From the NCBI RefSeq assembly GCF_030042015.1, contig NZ_JASIAL010000203.1:569-64568 (forward strand): DNA of 64,000 nucleotides, given 5' to 3'. The position numbers were made by a program, and so were the translations under genes. Below are positions 38,486-48,142 of this stretch, one piece after another. Numbering within the stretch: the first letter of the stretch is position 1; every line of letters begins with the position of its first letter. This DNA comes from Trebonia sp. (GTDB taxonomy: Bacteria; Actinomycetota; Actinomycetes; Streptosporangiales; Streptosporangiaceae). The notes under the pieces are model-generated. The model saw only the letters and a program-made list of their open reading frames with translations, did not search any database and had not been told where the DNA came from.

Positions 38486-39493
38486 CTAGCCGCCCGCCTT
38501 CCGCACCGCCGACAGCAACTGGGAGGCCGCCCGCAGTGCCGACCGGATTTCCTGCAGATAACTGCGCCCGCTGAAGACCGTGCCAGGCAGGAAGGAGCTG
38601 GCCGCGTCCACCCCGCAGCAATAGACGCCGCAGCCCCGCTCGATGCCCAGCACCTGGAGGGCGCCGAACTGCTGGTACGGCACGTAGATCTGGGTGGTCA
38701 GCAGCAGTACCCGGTCCCCGTGGCCGATGCCGTTTTCGCTGGCCCAGAAGCGCAGCTGGTCCACGGTGTTCACGCGCCTGCCCGGATCGCTGGACGGCGC
38801 GATGAGCACCTGGATGCCCGGCCACGCGTACCGTGCCCACGCGGACCACAGTCGGTCGTCCCACGCACCGGGTCGCGGTCCCGACTCTTCCGACTTGCGC
38901 GGTTCCCCGAGCCCGAAGGCCTGCCTCGTCGCTGCCAGCACGACGTCGGCCTCGTCGAGCTGTTCCCCGAATCCGAGCGTCGCGGCCTGTTCGGGTTCGG
39001 CGCCGCCGAGTTCCCTGTGCCCGCCCAGGACAGTCACGGAATCAGCGTGCAGGCCGTCCCTGACCAAGGCGGCCGCGTGCCTGGTACGGTTCACGCACGC
39101 GCGCACCAGGCCGGACAGGACCAGCAGCGTGGTGAACGTCACGTCTGGTACCGGGGTCGCCCGGACGAGGCCAAGCGCGTCCGCCGCGGCGAGTACCAGT
39201 TCCTCGGCGACGAGGTGACCGTTCACCTCGGCGGCGTCCGCGCCGATGAGGTTTCGCTCAACGCCGCCTCCGCGTCCGCGGAAGTCCCACTCATCCGATA
39301 GCGCCGCCAGGCGGTCGAGCAGTTCTCCCGTGTCCCGGCCGGCTGGCCACTCCCAGCCGGACGCCCTGGCCAGGGCTCGCATCGGTGCCGAACTCGCCCA
39401 CTCCCGTAGTGATGGATCCAGGCGCGCTGCCGTGAGCTCGCCCGGCGGGAGCGACGGCAGCGGCACCCGCTCGAAGCGGATTCCCTCGGTCAC
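38486..39493 (-). CDS. Hypothetical protein, possibly YdcF/DUF218-like fold
   Basis: LLVLSG...NR, VTVLGG, DEADV, RRVNTVDQL, RVLLLTTQIYVPYQ match the order of DUF218 motifs (VLG, R, SGG, E, xT.EN, lVTsxyHxpR). Confidence 0.55.
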   Translation of the reverse strand: MTEGIRFERVPLPSLPPGELTAARLDPSLREWASSAPMRALARASGWEWPAGRDTGELLDRLAALSDEWDFRGRGGGVERNLIGADAAEVNGHLVAEELVLAAADALGLVRATPVPDVTFTTLLVLSGLVRACVNRTRHAAALVRDGLHADSVTVLGGHRELGGAEPEQAATLGFGEQLDEADVVLAATRQAFGLGEPRKSEESGPRPGAWDDRLWSAWARYAWPGIQVLIAPSSDPGRRVNTVDQLRFWASENGIGHGDRVLLLTTQIYVPYQQFGALQVLGIERGCGVYCCGVDAASSFLPGTVFSGRSYLQEIRSALRAASQLLSAVRKAGG

Positions 39494-39664
39494 GTGCCGA
39501 TGCTACGCGCCATGCCGGAGTCTGCGCGTGCCGCGACAGCCCACGCGAACGCACCGAGCGCACCACGCGTCAATGGTTTACTTGTTTCGCGTGACAAAAC
39601 AATATCTGTGGGGACAGTGCGGGCCTTTTCAAGGTAGGGAAGACTCTGCACTGAACGCCCCAGT

Positions 39665-42625
39665 ATGGCCGACGCGGGCCAGGGCCGTTTCGAAACGGGG
39701 ATGGATTCGATGCCTGAGACATGGCCTGACTGGCCCGTTTTCTGGGACAACCCAGGCGAGCACGCGAGGGAACTGGCACGCTACGTCGACACCACGCAAA
39801 CCTGGCGCCTGGTTCCGGTGAATTGCTTTTCCCCGTGGTACGGGCCGCAGGCGGGCAGCGAGCGGGCAGAGCTCTTGTACGAAGAGCTGCGGTCCAGGCG
39901 GATCCCCTACTCTCATGAACCGTGGAATCCGGTCCCGTTCGGGCCGGAGGAGCAAGCCCGTTATGGCGGCGCCGGCACGCTGCAGCGCGTGCGCGGCCCA
40001 AACGAGACCATTCAGGGACCTGCGACCTGCCTGGACCTCGCCTTGGTGTTCGCGGGAATGGCGATGTGCGCCGACATGCGGCCGTTCATCGCCCTGCAGT
40101 CGGCACCTGTGCTGCACGCGCTTGTCGTCTTGCCCATTCAACGGGCTCGTTCCGTGCAGGGTGACAAAGTTCCCGATCCGCCCGGCTTTACCGAACGCCC
40201 GGGTGAACCGGGTGTCTGGGATCCGGCGCCGGACGGTTCGTCGTTCGCCGGCGACGGCAATTGGCTAGTGATCGACGTCTCCCTCGCCGCCCGTAACCCT
40301 CCGTTGTCGGGCATGCCCCTGCCGGAAATTGGCGCGCCGTTCAGCGCGGCGAAGCGCGAGGAACTGGACTTGCCGGGCATGGAGGGGGCTTCCCGGAATT
40401 CGACCCTTGTTGATGTCGACCGTGTCCGGCGGACGCCCCTTGAGCCTTATGTCCCGCCTGTCGGGTCGGCCGTGCCCGCGATATACGGATACCTTCCGAC
40501 GTTCCCGTCGTTCATCGACTACCCGACGCGACAGGAGCTGCTGGCGGACCTGCACGATGTAGTGGGCGCGGCGCTGCCCCCCGCGACGATCGTCCTGCAC
40601 GGAGAACCGGGACGCGGGAAGAGCATGCTCGCCGCCCGGCTCGCGGTCGCCGCCGACCACGGCTGCGGATGGTTCCTCAACGCCACAGACGACAAGATCC
40701 TCACCAGGTCGCTGGCCCAGGCCGAAAACCAGGAACTGGGCAAGCGAGCGGGCCTCGCCGGCCCCGCGATGCACGGCGAGGGCGTAGACGCGATCGAGGA
40801 CCGGGGGCTAGCGTCCGCCGCCCTCAGGCGGCTCAGCGAGACCGGCCAGCCGTGGGTGGTCGTGCTCGACAACTGCGACAGTCCGCCCGGCCTAGCGGGC
40901 CTGCGCGGCCTGATTCCCCGGCCGCGGACGAACGGTCAGGTCGTGATCATCACGACGAAAGACCCGGACTGGGCGCGCCTGGGCGAGAGCTCAGGGTGGA
41001 AGGTGCGCGAGCTGCCACCGCTCGGACAGCCAGACCTTGAAAAGCTCGGCCTTGCCAGCCAAACGGGCAGCGCGGTGTATGGCACCCCGCTGATCACGCA
41101 GGCCGTCGTGGCGCTTCGCGAGCGGGCCGCGGTAACGCTCCCCGCGCAGCCGGGCACCGACGGCCCCGGGCTGGTCTGGCATTTGCTGCGCATGTCGCAG
41201 CATCGTTGGCCGGCCATCGGCGAACTGGCGCGGCTGCTCGCCTGGTGCCCGCCCGAGCCCATCGACGCGGACTTGCTCGGCGAGATCGGCGAGCGCGGCG
41301 ATGGCGAGGCAGTCGGCCGGCGTCTCGCGGAGCTGTCCTTCGTGTCGCCGTCGTTCAATGCCGGACGGCTGACGGTCCAGATGCACAGGCTGTTCGCTGC
41401 GGCTGTGCGACGCCAGACGTGGCATGACAACCCGGAGATGGCCATCGGCGTGATCAGCCGCCTGCTCTCGGCCGAACAGGGTCGAGCTACCTTTATCGCC
41501 GCCGCGGACAGCAAGGCCCTTGGGCGGCTGGAACACGGGGATGAAGCAGGCGAGCCCGGTGATGTGCCGCGAGCGGCCGCCAGCGCGGATCCGTCCACGG
41601 CGGGGCTGCTGTGGTACAACCTTGGACACATCCGGGAGCGGCGCGGTCCCGTCGCCGGCTCTGACCCGCACTTCGACAAAGCCCTGCAGCTGCTGGACCC
41701 CGAACAGTACCCGTGCGAGGTGGCGGAGAGCATGATCGGGCGCGCCCGGGTCGTCTACCAGAACGCCCAGTCGTCTGCTGACCAACTGACCCAGGCTCGT
41801 GCGCAGGTCGCAGCGGCCCGGGACCTCCTCGCTCCGCTAGCTGACTCGAGCGCCAGGGAACTCCGGGAGCAGGGAAACGCGCTGTCCTGGCTCATCGCGC
41901 GGCGGATCGCCGGACGTGAGCGGAACCCGCGAAAGCGGGCGGGCGAGCTGGCCGAGGTGATAGAGCAGCTCTGGCTGTCTTATGAGGCGCGGTTGCGTCT
42001 GATTCGCGGCGCGGATGCCGCCATCGAACGCGGCGCGCCGCCGGCGCCCAGCGATGACCTGAGCGCCGAACGTGCGTACTACAACCTGTCAGGCACCTAC
42101 CTCGAACTCGCCAAGGTCCACCACGAGCTAGCGGAGGTCGAGCCGCCCGGCTCGGAGCGGCGCCGGGAGCTACTGACGCTGGCGAGCGACGATCTGGTCA
42201 ACTCGCGTACTGTCTACCAGCACGTACGGCGGCTCCGGGAGATACGGTACCGAGGCCAGCCGCATCCGCACCTCGCCGCCTGCGTGCAGGGCGAGGCGTA
42301 CGTGACCTACTACCGCGCCATCCTGCTTGGCGAGCACGGCGCGCTGATCGACTCATTCGAGCTCACCGCGGAGGCGATGCGGCAGCGGCAGATAGTCGCT
42401 GGCGGCCCCGACAGCCCGGCCGTGCTGACCAATGGCGATGTCCAAAAGTCAGGCCAGTTCATGCTGAAGGTGGCTATCGCGATGCTGTTCGCCGGTAGTT
42501 CGCGGCCCTCCTCCGGCGTCGAGAACGTGATGGACGTAACGCGCGAGGCACTGGCGGAGACCTTCAGCCGGGTGAGCTGGCCGGGTCCAATCGAGCTGCA
42601 GGGGAGACCCGATGGCAGAATCTGA
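39665..42625 (+). CDS. STAND-like P-loop NTPase with N-terminal transglutaminase/papain-like domain and C-terminal TPR-like repeats
   Basis: ATCLDLAL (Cys codon 40028), LHALVV (His codon 40115), WLVIDVS; Walker A GEPGRGKS (40601), Walker B VVVLDN, VIITT, MHRL; helical repeats LLWYNLGHIRE, AYYNLSGTYLELA. Start may be 39701 or 39710. Confidence 0.75.
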   Translation: MADAGQGRFETGMDSMPETWPDWPVFWDNPGEHARELARYVDTTQTWRLVPVNCFSPWYGPQAGSERAELLYEELRSRRIPYSHEPWNPVPFGPEEQARYGGAGTLQRVRGPNETIQGPATCLDLALVFAGMAMCADMRPFIALQSAPVLHALVVLPIQRARSVQGDKVPDPPGFTERPGEPGVWDPAPDGSSFAGDGNWLVIDVSLAARNPPLSGMPLPEIGAPFSAAKREELDLPGMEGASRNSTLVDVDRVRRTPLEPYVPPVGSAVPAIYGYLPTFPSFIDYPTRQELLADLHDVVGAALPPATIVLHGEPGRGKSMLAARLAVAADHGCGWFLNATDDKILTRSLAQAENQELGKRAGLAGPAMHGEGVDAIEDRGLASAALRRLSETGQPWVVVLDNCDSPPGLAGLRGLIPRPRTNGQVVIITTKDPDWARLGESSGWKVRELPPLGQPDLEKLGLASQTGSAVYGTPLITQAVVALRERAAVTLPAQPGTDGPGLVWHLLRMSQHRWPAIGELARLLAWCPPEPIDADLLGEIGERGDGEAVGRRLAELSFVSPSFNAGRLTVQMHRLFAAAVRRQTWHDNPEMAIGVISRLLSAEQGRATFIAAADSKALGRLEHGDEAGEPGDVPRAAASADPSTAGLLWYNLGHIRERRGPVAGSDPHFDKALQLLDPEQYPCEVAESMIGRARVVYQNAQSSADQLTQARAQVAAARDLLAPLADSSARELREQGNALSWLIARRIAGRERNPRKRAGELAEVIEQLWLSYEARLRLIRGADAAIERGAPPAPSDDLSAERAYYNLSGTYLELAKVHHELAEVEPPGSERRRELLTLASDDLVNSRTVYQHVRRLREIRYRGQPHPHLAACVQGEAYVTYYRAILLGEHGALIDSFELTAEAMRQRQIVAGGPDSPAVLTNGDVQKSGQFMLKVAIAMLFAGSSRPSSGVENVMDVTREALAETFSRVSWPGPIELQGRPDGRI

Positions 42626-43121
42626 CTGGGGTATGCCGGTTGACGCGCTGATAGCCGAGGTCAAGAACGCGCTCGTGCTGGCGGGAGTGACAAACGCGAA
42701 CCCGGCCGCGGACCTGCGGGTGAGCTCAGTCCAGTTGATCCTCAACGTGGTCGCGACGACAACCGATGGTGTCAAGGTGAACTTCCGCGTGCCGTTCATC
42801 GGAGCCGACGTCGGCATAGGCAGCACGCACACGCAGCACGACACGCACACGATCGACATCACCCTGGTACCGCCGAGCCAGCTCACGTCCAGGGCCGCTC
42901 GCTCTAGCGGCGACTTCCCCCGCGTGCTGGTCGCGGCCATCGGCCGGGTCCGGCAAACGGTGGTCAGTGCGGCAGGGGGCGAGGACCCCTGGGCGCTGTC
43001 GACCGCGACCGTCGACATCTCGTTCGGCGTCACCAGGGACGGCAGCATCTCGGTGGGCGTCGAGGGCGGCATGACCAGCGAAACCACCAACACCCTGCGG
43101 CTTACCCTGGCCCCGGCGTAG
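42612..43121 (+). CDS. Trypsin-co-occurring (Trypco2-like) protein, two tandem units
   Basis: MPVDALIAEVKNAL...LRVSSVQLILNVV...GVKVNFRV...THTIDITLVP then AAIGRVRQTV...LSTATVDISFGVTRDG...TNTLRLTLAP; overlaps the STAND gene by 14 bp; RBS GGGGAG. Confidence 0.65.
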   Translation: MAESDWGMPVDALIAEVKNALVLAGVTNANPAADLRVSSVQLILNVVATTTDGVKVNFRVPFIGADVGIGSTHTQHDTHTIDITLVPPSQLTSRAARSSGDFPRVLVAAIGRVRQTVVSAAGGEDPWALSTATVDISFGVTRDGSISVGVEGGMTSETTNTLRLTLAPA

Positions 43122-43208
43122 CCTCGCGCTCATCACCTGCCGCCGCCAGGTCCGGTACTCTTGCGGCGTGACGGCACGAGCGCTGAGCAGCCTGGGGAGG
43201 CGGAGCTG

Positions 43209-44051
43209 ATGGCGGCACCGGCCGAAGTCACGTCGGAGCTTCGTCGGCGGGCGGACCTGGATGTGCTGACCTGGCCGGCGTTCGACGGGCTCGACCTCGA
43301 CGTGCTGGTGACCACCCGGATCGGCGGAGTCTCATCAGGACCGTACGCGTCGCTCAACCTCGGCTTGCACGTCGGCGACCAAGGCGAAGACGTGCTTGAG
43401 AACCGCAGGCGCGCTGCGGTCGCGCTCGGGGCGGACCTGCGCGACATGGTCTTCTGCGACCAGGCGCACGGCCGCGAGGTGCGCGTCGTCTCTGCCGCCG
43501 ACCGGGGACGAGGCTCGCTCAGGCTGGACGACGCGATAGCCCAGACAGACGCGCTGGTCACTGCGGAGCCCGGCGTCGTTCTCGTGGTCATGGTCGCGGA
43601 CTGCGTGCCGATCGTGCTCTACGATCCGGTGGCGCACGTGCTTGCCTGCGTGCACGCCGGGTGGCGCGGCACGGTGGCGCGGGTCAGCGAGGCGGCGGTG
43701 GCGGCGATGCGCGGACTCGGGGCCAGCCCGGAGAACGTGATCGCCGGGCTGGGGCCTGCGATCTCGCCCGACCGGTACCAGGTGGGCGCGGACGTGGTCG
43801 GGGCCGCACAGCGGAACCTCGGCGGTGGGGCCGCCGACGTCATCCGCCCGGACGGCACGGGCAAGTGGCTGTTCGACCTGTGGGCCGCCAACCGGATCGT
43901 GCTGCGCGCGGCGGGCCTTGCCGACGAGCACGTCAGCGTGGCCGCTACCCCCACGGGAACCGCCGGAACTGGCCTGTTCTTCAGCGACCGCGAGGTCCGG
44001 CCATGCGGCCGGTTCGCCGCCGTCGCGCGGCTGCGCCCCCGGGGCGGCTAG
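43209..44051 (+). CDS. pgeF: YfiH/PgeF family purine nucleoside phosphorylase / peptidoglycan editing factor
   Basis: TTRIGGVS, SLNLGLHVGD, QAHG, DALVT, ADCVP, VHAGWRG, GPAIS, FFSDR. Confidence 0.9.
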   Translation: MAAPAEVTSELRRRADLDVLTWPAFDGLDLDVLVTTRIGGVSSGPYASLNLGLHVGDQGEDVLENRRRAAVALGADLRDMVFCDQAHGREVRVVSAADRGRGSLRLDDAIAQTDALVTAEPGVVLVVMVADCVPIVLYDPVAHVLACVHAGWRGTVARVSEAAVAAMRGLGASPENVIAGLGPAISPDRYQVGADVVGAAQRNLGGGAADVIRPDGTGKWLFDLWAANRIVLRAAGLADEHVSVAATPTGTAGTGLFFSDREVRPCGRFAAVARLRPRGG

Positions 44052-45427
44052 TGGACGACTCAGCTCGCCGCGGAGACGTCTTCCGCTACGAGTCTTACCT
44101 GGTCGACGAGGCGGCGGGCCTGCTCTCCTGCCGCTACAGCGTCGACGGGCGGGGGTTCGAGGAACGGTTCGCGCTGACCCCGGCCGGCCGATGGAACTCC
44201 CCGGCCGCGCGGGCGGCCGGCCGCCTGGTGTTCCTGCTCGCGGGCGTCTCCTACTACAAGACGGCCGCCCCGCCCGTCATCGACCTCGGCGAGACCGCGG
44301 TCACCGACACCGAACGCGGCTTCCTGCGCGAGTACTACCTGCAGGGCCTTGGCGAGTTCGGCTTCCAGAACAGGATCGACCTGACGTCGCTGCGCGTCGA
44401 GGGCCCGGTCGCCGCGGCCGCGGCGCCGGAGTCGGCGGGTGGCGGTGGGCAGCTGCGGGCACTCGTGCCGTTCGGCGGCGGTATCGACTCGATCGTCACT
44501 GTGGAGCAGGTCCGCCAGCGCGCCGACGCCGCCCTGTTCGTCGTGAGCAGGCCGGGGGACAGGTTCGCGGCCATCGAACGCCCCGCGGCGGTCACCGGCT
44601 TGCCGGTTATCCGGGCCGATCGCGAGATCGATCCGCAGCTGCTTCGCTCGAAGGAGCTCGGTTTCCTCAACGGGCACGTGCCGGTGACGGGGATCCTCTC
44701 CGCCGTCGCTGTCCTGGCGGCCGTGCTTGCGGGCCGGGACGCCGTGGTGATGTCCAACGAGTGGTCGGCGTCCATTCCCACGCTCGAAGATCGCGGCCGC
44801 CCGATTAACCACCAGTACTCCAAGAGCGAGTCGTTCGAAGCGGGATTCCGCCGGGTGCTCGCGGCGGCCGGCGCGGGACTTCCCGAGTACTTTTCGCTGC
44901 TCCGGCCCCGCACGGAGTTGTGGGTCGCGCGGAAGTTCGCCGGCCTGAAGCGCTACCACGACACGTTCCGCAGCTGTAACAGGGCCTTCCATATCGACAC
45001 GACGCTGCGCCTTGACCACTGGTGCGGGCACTGCGACAAGTGCTGCTTCATCGACCTGATCCTCGCGCCGTTCCTGCCGGTCGCCGAACTGGAGAAGATC
45101 TTCGCCGGCGGAGACCTGCCGCCCGCCCCCGGCAGTCGTGAGCCGCTGGCAGATCCTGCGCAGGCGGACAGGTTCCGCGCGTTGCTCGGCACGTCCGCGG
45201 GCGATAAGCCCTTCGAGTGTGTCGGTGAGATCGGCGAGTGCCGCGCGGCAGCCCTGCTCGCCGCGCGGCGTGCCGACCGGGCCGACTGCAAGCTGTTGCA
45301 GGAGCTCGCGGCCGAGGTGGCGGCCCTGCCGGACGCTCCATCGCCCGCCGCGTCGGCGGCCATGCTGCGTCCAGTCGGCGCCCACTTCATCCCCGCCGCC
45401 TTCAGCCCCGAGGACCTGCTGGCATGA
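44051..45427 (+). CDS. murL: UDP-MurNAc-L-Ala-L-Glu epimerase MurL
   Basis: AGVSYYKTA, PFGGGIDS, LNGHVPVTG, MSNEWSAS, NHQYSKS, FRSCN, WCGHCDKC, KPFECVGE; coupled to the downstream MurD-like gene. Confidence 0.85.
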   Translation: MDDSARRGDVFRYESYLVDEAAGLLSCRYSVDGRGFEERFALTPAGRWNSPAARAAGRLVFLLAGVSYYKTAAPPVIDLGETAVTDTERGFLREYYLQGLGEFGFQNRIDLTSLRVEGPVAAAAAPESAGGGGQLRALVPFGGGIDSIVTVEQVRQRADAALFVVSRPGDRFAAIERPAAVTGLPVIRADREIDPQLLRSKELGFLNGHVPVTGILSAVAVLAAVLAGRDAVVMSNEWSASIPTLEDRGRPINHQYSKSESFEAGFRRVLAAAGAGLPEYFSLLRPRTELWVARKFAGLKRYHDTFRSCNRAFHIDTTLRLDHWCGHCDKCCFIDLILAPFLPVAELEKIFAGGDLPPAPGSREPLADPAQADRFRALLGTSAGDKPFECVGEIGECRAAALLAARRADRADCKLLQELAAEVAALPDAPSPAASAAMLRPVGAHFIPAAFSPEDLLA

Positions 45428-46779
45428 CGACGACGGGACGTCCGAAGCTCGCCTGGTCGGACCTGCGCGGCGCGCGGGCCGGCGTCTGGGGCCTCGGCCG
45501 CGAGGGCATGGCCAACCTCCGCAAGCTTCGCTCGATGGGCATCGAACCTGTGCTCGTCGACGACAAGCCGGGCGCGGATCTCATCGATGGACTGCCGCTG
45601 CTGGCGACTGGCGGGGATGGCCTCGCGGCACTGTGCGGCTGTGACGTCGTGGTCAAGACACCGGGGATCAGCCGCTACCGTCCCGAGGTGGCCGCCCTTG
45701 CCGAGCGCGGCATCCCCGTGGTGGGCGGACTGGGGCTCTGGCTGCAGGAGGCCCCGCTCGAGAAGATCGTCTGCGTCACCGGTACCAAGGGCAAGAGCAC
45801 TGTGACGTCGGTGGCCGGCCACCTGCTGAACGGACTCGGGTACCCGTGCATGATGGGCGGGAACCTCGGCTCGCCCCCATACGATCCGCAGGCATCCGCC
45901 GGGCCGTGGGATTACTGGGTGATCGAGGTCTCCAGCTATCAGGCGACCGACCTTGCCTGCTCGCCGCCGGTCGTCGCCGTGACGTCGCTCAACCCTGATC
46001 ACCTGCCCTGGCACGGCGGCGTCGACCGGTATTACGACGACAAGCTGTCCGTGTGCTCGCAGCCCGGCGCGGACCTGACGGTCGCCAACGGCGACGCCGC
46101 CCTGATCCGCGAGCGCGCAGGCCAGCTCGGGCCCCGGGTGGAGTGGGTATGCGCGACGGATGAACCCGGCGCCACCTGGATGGATCCGCTAGGGCTGCTC
46201 GGCGCGCACAACCGGCGTAACGCGCTGATCGCGCGGCGGTGCCTGGTGGCTCTCGGCGTTCCCGAGGCCGCCGACGACGACGCCCTGCGCGGTGCGGCGC
46301 AGGGATACCTCCCGTTGCAAAGCCGCCTGCAGATCATCGGCGACCTCGCGGGGGTGACGTTTGTTGACGACAGCCTTTCTACCAACGTCCTGCCGACGGC
46401 CGCCGCGCTCGAGGCGTTTCCAGGCCGCCGGGTGGCGCTGATCGTGGGCGGCGAGGACCGCGGCATCGACTACACGCCGCTCGCGGAGGTACTTGCCGGG
46501 CGGACTGCCCAGACGTACGTCCTGACGCTGCCCGACAGCGGACCGCGCATCCGCGCGGAGATCGAAAAGGCACTGGACGGCCGATCAGGCGACAGGGTGG
46601 CCGGCGTGACCGACTGCCCCGACCTGGACGCCGCCGTGGCCGCGGGGTACGGCTGGGCTCGCCCGGACGGCATCGTGCTGCTCTCCCCGGCCGCGCCGAG
46701 CTTCGGCCGCTTCCGCGACTACCGCGACCGCGCCGAGGCTTTCGCCAGCGCGATGCGCGCCTGCGCCCGCACGCCGTAA
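45424..46779 (+). CDS. murD: MurD-family ligase, likely L-Glu-adding MurD2
   Basis: WGLGREG, VKTPGIS, VTGTKGKST, IEVSSYQ, PDHLPWHG, DDSLST, LLSPAAPSF; ATGA overlap with murL. Confidence 0.88.
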   Translation: MTTTGRPKLAWSDLRGARAGVWGLGREGMANLRKLRSMGIEPVLVDDKPGADLIDGLPLLATGGDGLAALCGCDVVVKTPGISRYRPEVAALAERGIPVVGGLGLWLQEAPLEKIVCVTGTKGKSTVTSVAGHLLNGLGYPCMMGGNLGSPPYDPQASAGPWDYWVIEVSSYQATDLACSPPVVAVTSLNPDHLPWHGGVDRYYDDKLSVCSQPGADLTVANGDAALIRERAGQLGPRVEWVCATDEPGATWMDPLGLLGAHNRRNALIARRCLVALGVPEAADDDALRGAAQGYLPLQSRLQIIGDLAGVTFVDDSLSTNVLPTAAALEAFPGRRVALIVGGEDRGIDYTPLAEVLAGRTAQTYVLTLPDSGPRIRAEIEKALDGRSGDRVAGVTDCPDLDAAVAAGYGWARPDGIVLLSPAAPSFGRFRDYRDRAEAFASAMRACARTP

Positions 46780-46983
46780 CGACCCTCCGCGAGCGATTTG
46801 CCCGGATTGCGGTAGTCAGTCCCGCTTGAGGTTGCCGCGCGTGCTGGCCCCGCCGCCAATAGCCGCCGGGATCGTACCGGCCTGGAACCGCGCGGAACGG
46901 ACAATCGCGATTGCCCGACGAGGCCGGGGGGCGGAGGATCTTTCCCGTTGCCCGCTCGGCTATGCCCGCGCCTGTCTGGGTGG

Positions 46984-47655
46984 CTAGGCGTCCTCGACGA
47001 TGATGCCCAGGTGACGGGCGAGGAACGGGGCGAGCGTGATGAGCTGCAGGGCGTCGATGCGGGCACCGCCCAGCGCGTCGAAGCCCGCCCGGATGCCGGC
47101 CTCGCCCGCCGCGCCGCCCAGCGCCGCGCCGCGCAGGTCGACGTCCGTGCACGACGCCTTCGTGAAATCGGCGCCGCGCAACGTGCAGCCAGGGAACCGT
47201 ACCCGGGTGAGCCGGGCGCCGCCGAAGTCGGCGTCGCGCAGCACGCAGCCGTCGAAAAGCACGTCGGTCAGCGAACTATCGCGGAAGTTCACCGAGTCCA
47301 GCTTGCAGTCGCGGAATGTCAGCCGCCTGGCCGTCAGCGCGAACGCCTGCACGCCTGCCAGCACGCAGCCGCTGAACCAGACGTCAACCAGCGCGGACTC
47401 GGCCAGGTCGAAGGCCACGAACCGCGACTCGGACACCCACACCTGCGACAGCCGTGCCCGCCGTGCCCGTCCGCCGTCGAAGGTCACGCCGGTGAAGGCC
47501 GACTCGGCGAACCGGGACCCGCCCGCCGCGGCGTCGGCGAACGCCGAATCGTTGAACAGGACCCGGTCGTAATCCTCATCAAGCTCGAGCACGCCGGCGA
47601 ACGGCCGCAATGCCGCCGCGAAGGGCAGGTCCGCGAGGCTGCGCGGTGACTTCAT
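46984..47655 (-). CDS. Pentapeptide repeat protein
   Basis: SVNFR-DSSLT-DVLFD-GCVLR-DADFG-GARLT-RVRFP-GCTLR-GADFT...DLRGA. Confidence 0.88.
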   Translation of the reverse strand: MKSPRSLADLPFAAALRPFAGVLELDEDYDRVLFNDSAFADAAAGGSRFAESAFTGVTFDGGRARRARLSQVWVSESRFVAFDLAESALVDVWFSGCVLAGVQAFALTARRLTFRDCKLDSVNFRDSSLTDVLFDGCVLRDADFGGARLTRVRFPGCTLRGADFTKASCTDVDLRGAALGGAAGEAGIRAGFDALGGARIDALQLITLAPFLARHLGIIVEDA

Positions 47656-47680
47656 GGTTTTGTTTCCTAAACTAATGGCC

Positions 47681-48100
47681 ATGACGGAGCCCACTGACTT
47701 CAACGGCAAGATCATCGCGGAGTTCCGGGCGAACGGCGGCACGGTGGGCGGTCCGTTCGCCGGCGCGGACATCCTGCTCCTGCACCATACCGGGGCACGC
47801 ACGGGGACCGCGCGGGTGAGTCCGCTCGCTTACCTGCGGGTGGGGGAGGGCTTCGCGGTCTTCGCCTCGAAGGCGGGTGCCCAGGAGAACCCCGCCTGGT
47901 ACCACAACCTGCTCGCGCACCCGGACACGTCCGTCGAGGTCGGCACCGAGACCATTCCCGTGACCGCGCGCCTGGCGCAGCCCGCCGAGCGGGACGTGAT
48001 CTGGGAAAGGCAGACGCGGCGCGCCCCGCATTTCGCGCAGTACGCGACCAAAGCAGCCCCCCGCACGATTCCCGTCGTCGTTCTCGATCCTGTTAAATAA
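47681..48100 (+). CDS. F420-dependent (deazaflavin) nitroreductase family oxidoreductase
   Basis: FNGKIIAEFRANGG, LLLHHTGARTG, ASKAG...PAWYHNL, RTIPVVVL. Confidence 0.92.
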   Translation: MTEPTDFNGKIIAEFRANGGTVGGPFAGADILLLHHTGARTGTARVSPLAYLRVGEGFAVFASKAGAQENPAWYHNLLAHPDTSVEVGTETIPVTARLAQPAERDVIWERQTRRAPHFAQYATKAAPRTIPVVVLDPVK

Positions 48101-48142
48101 CACCTGAACGAACGCTCCGTCGACGTAGCGGGAGGTCGGTCC

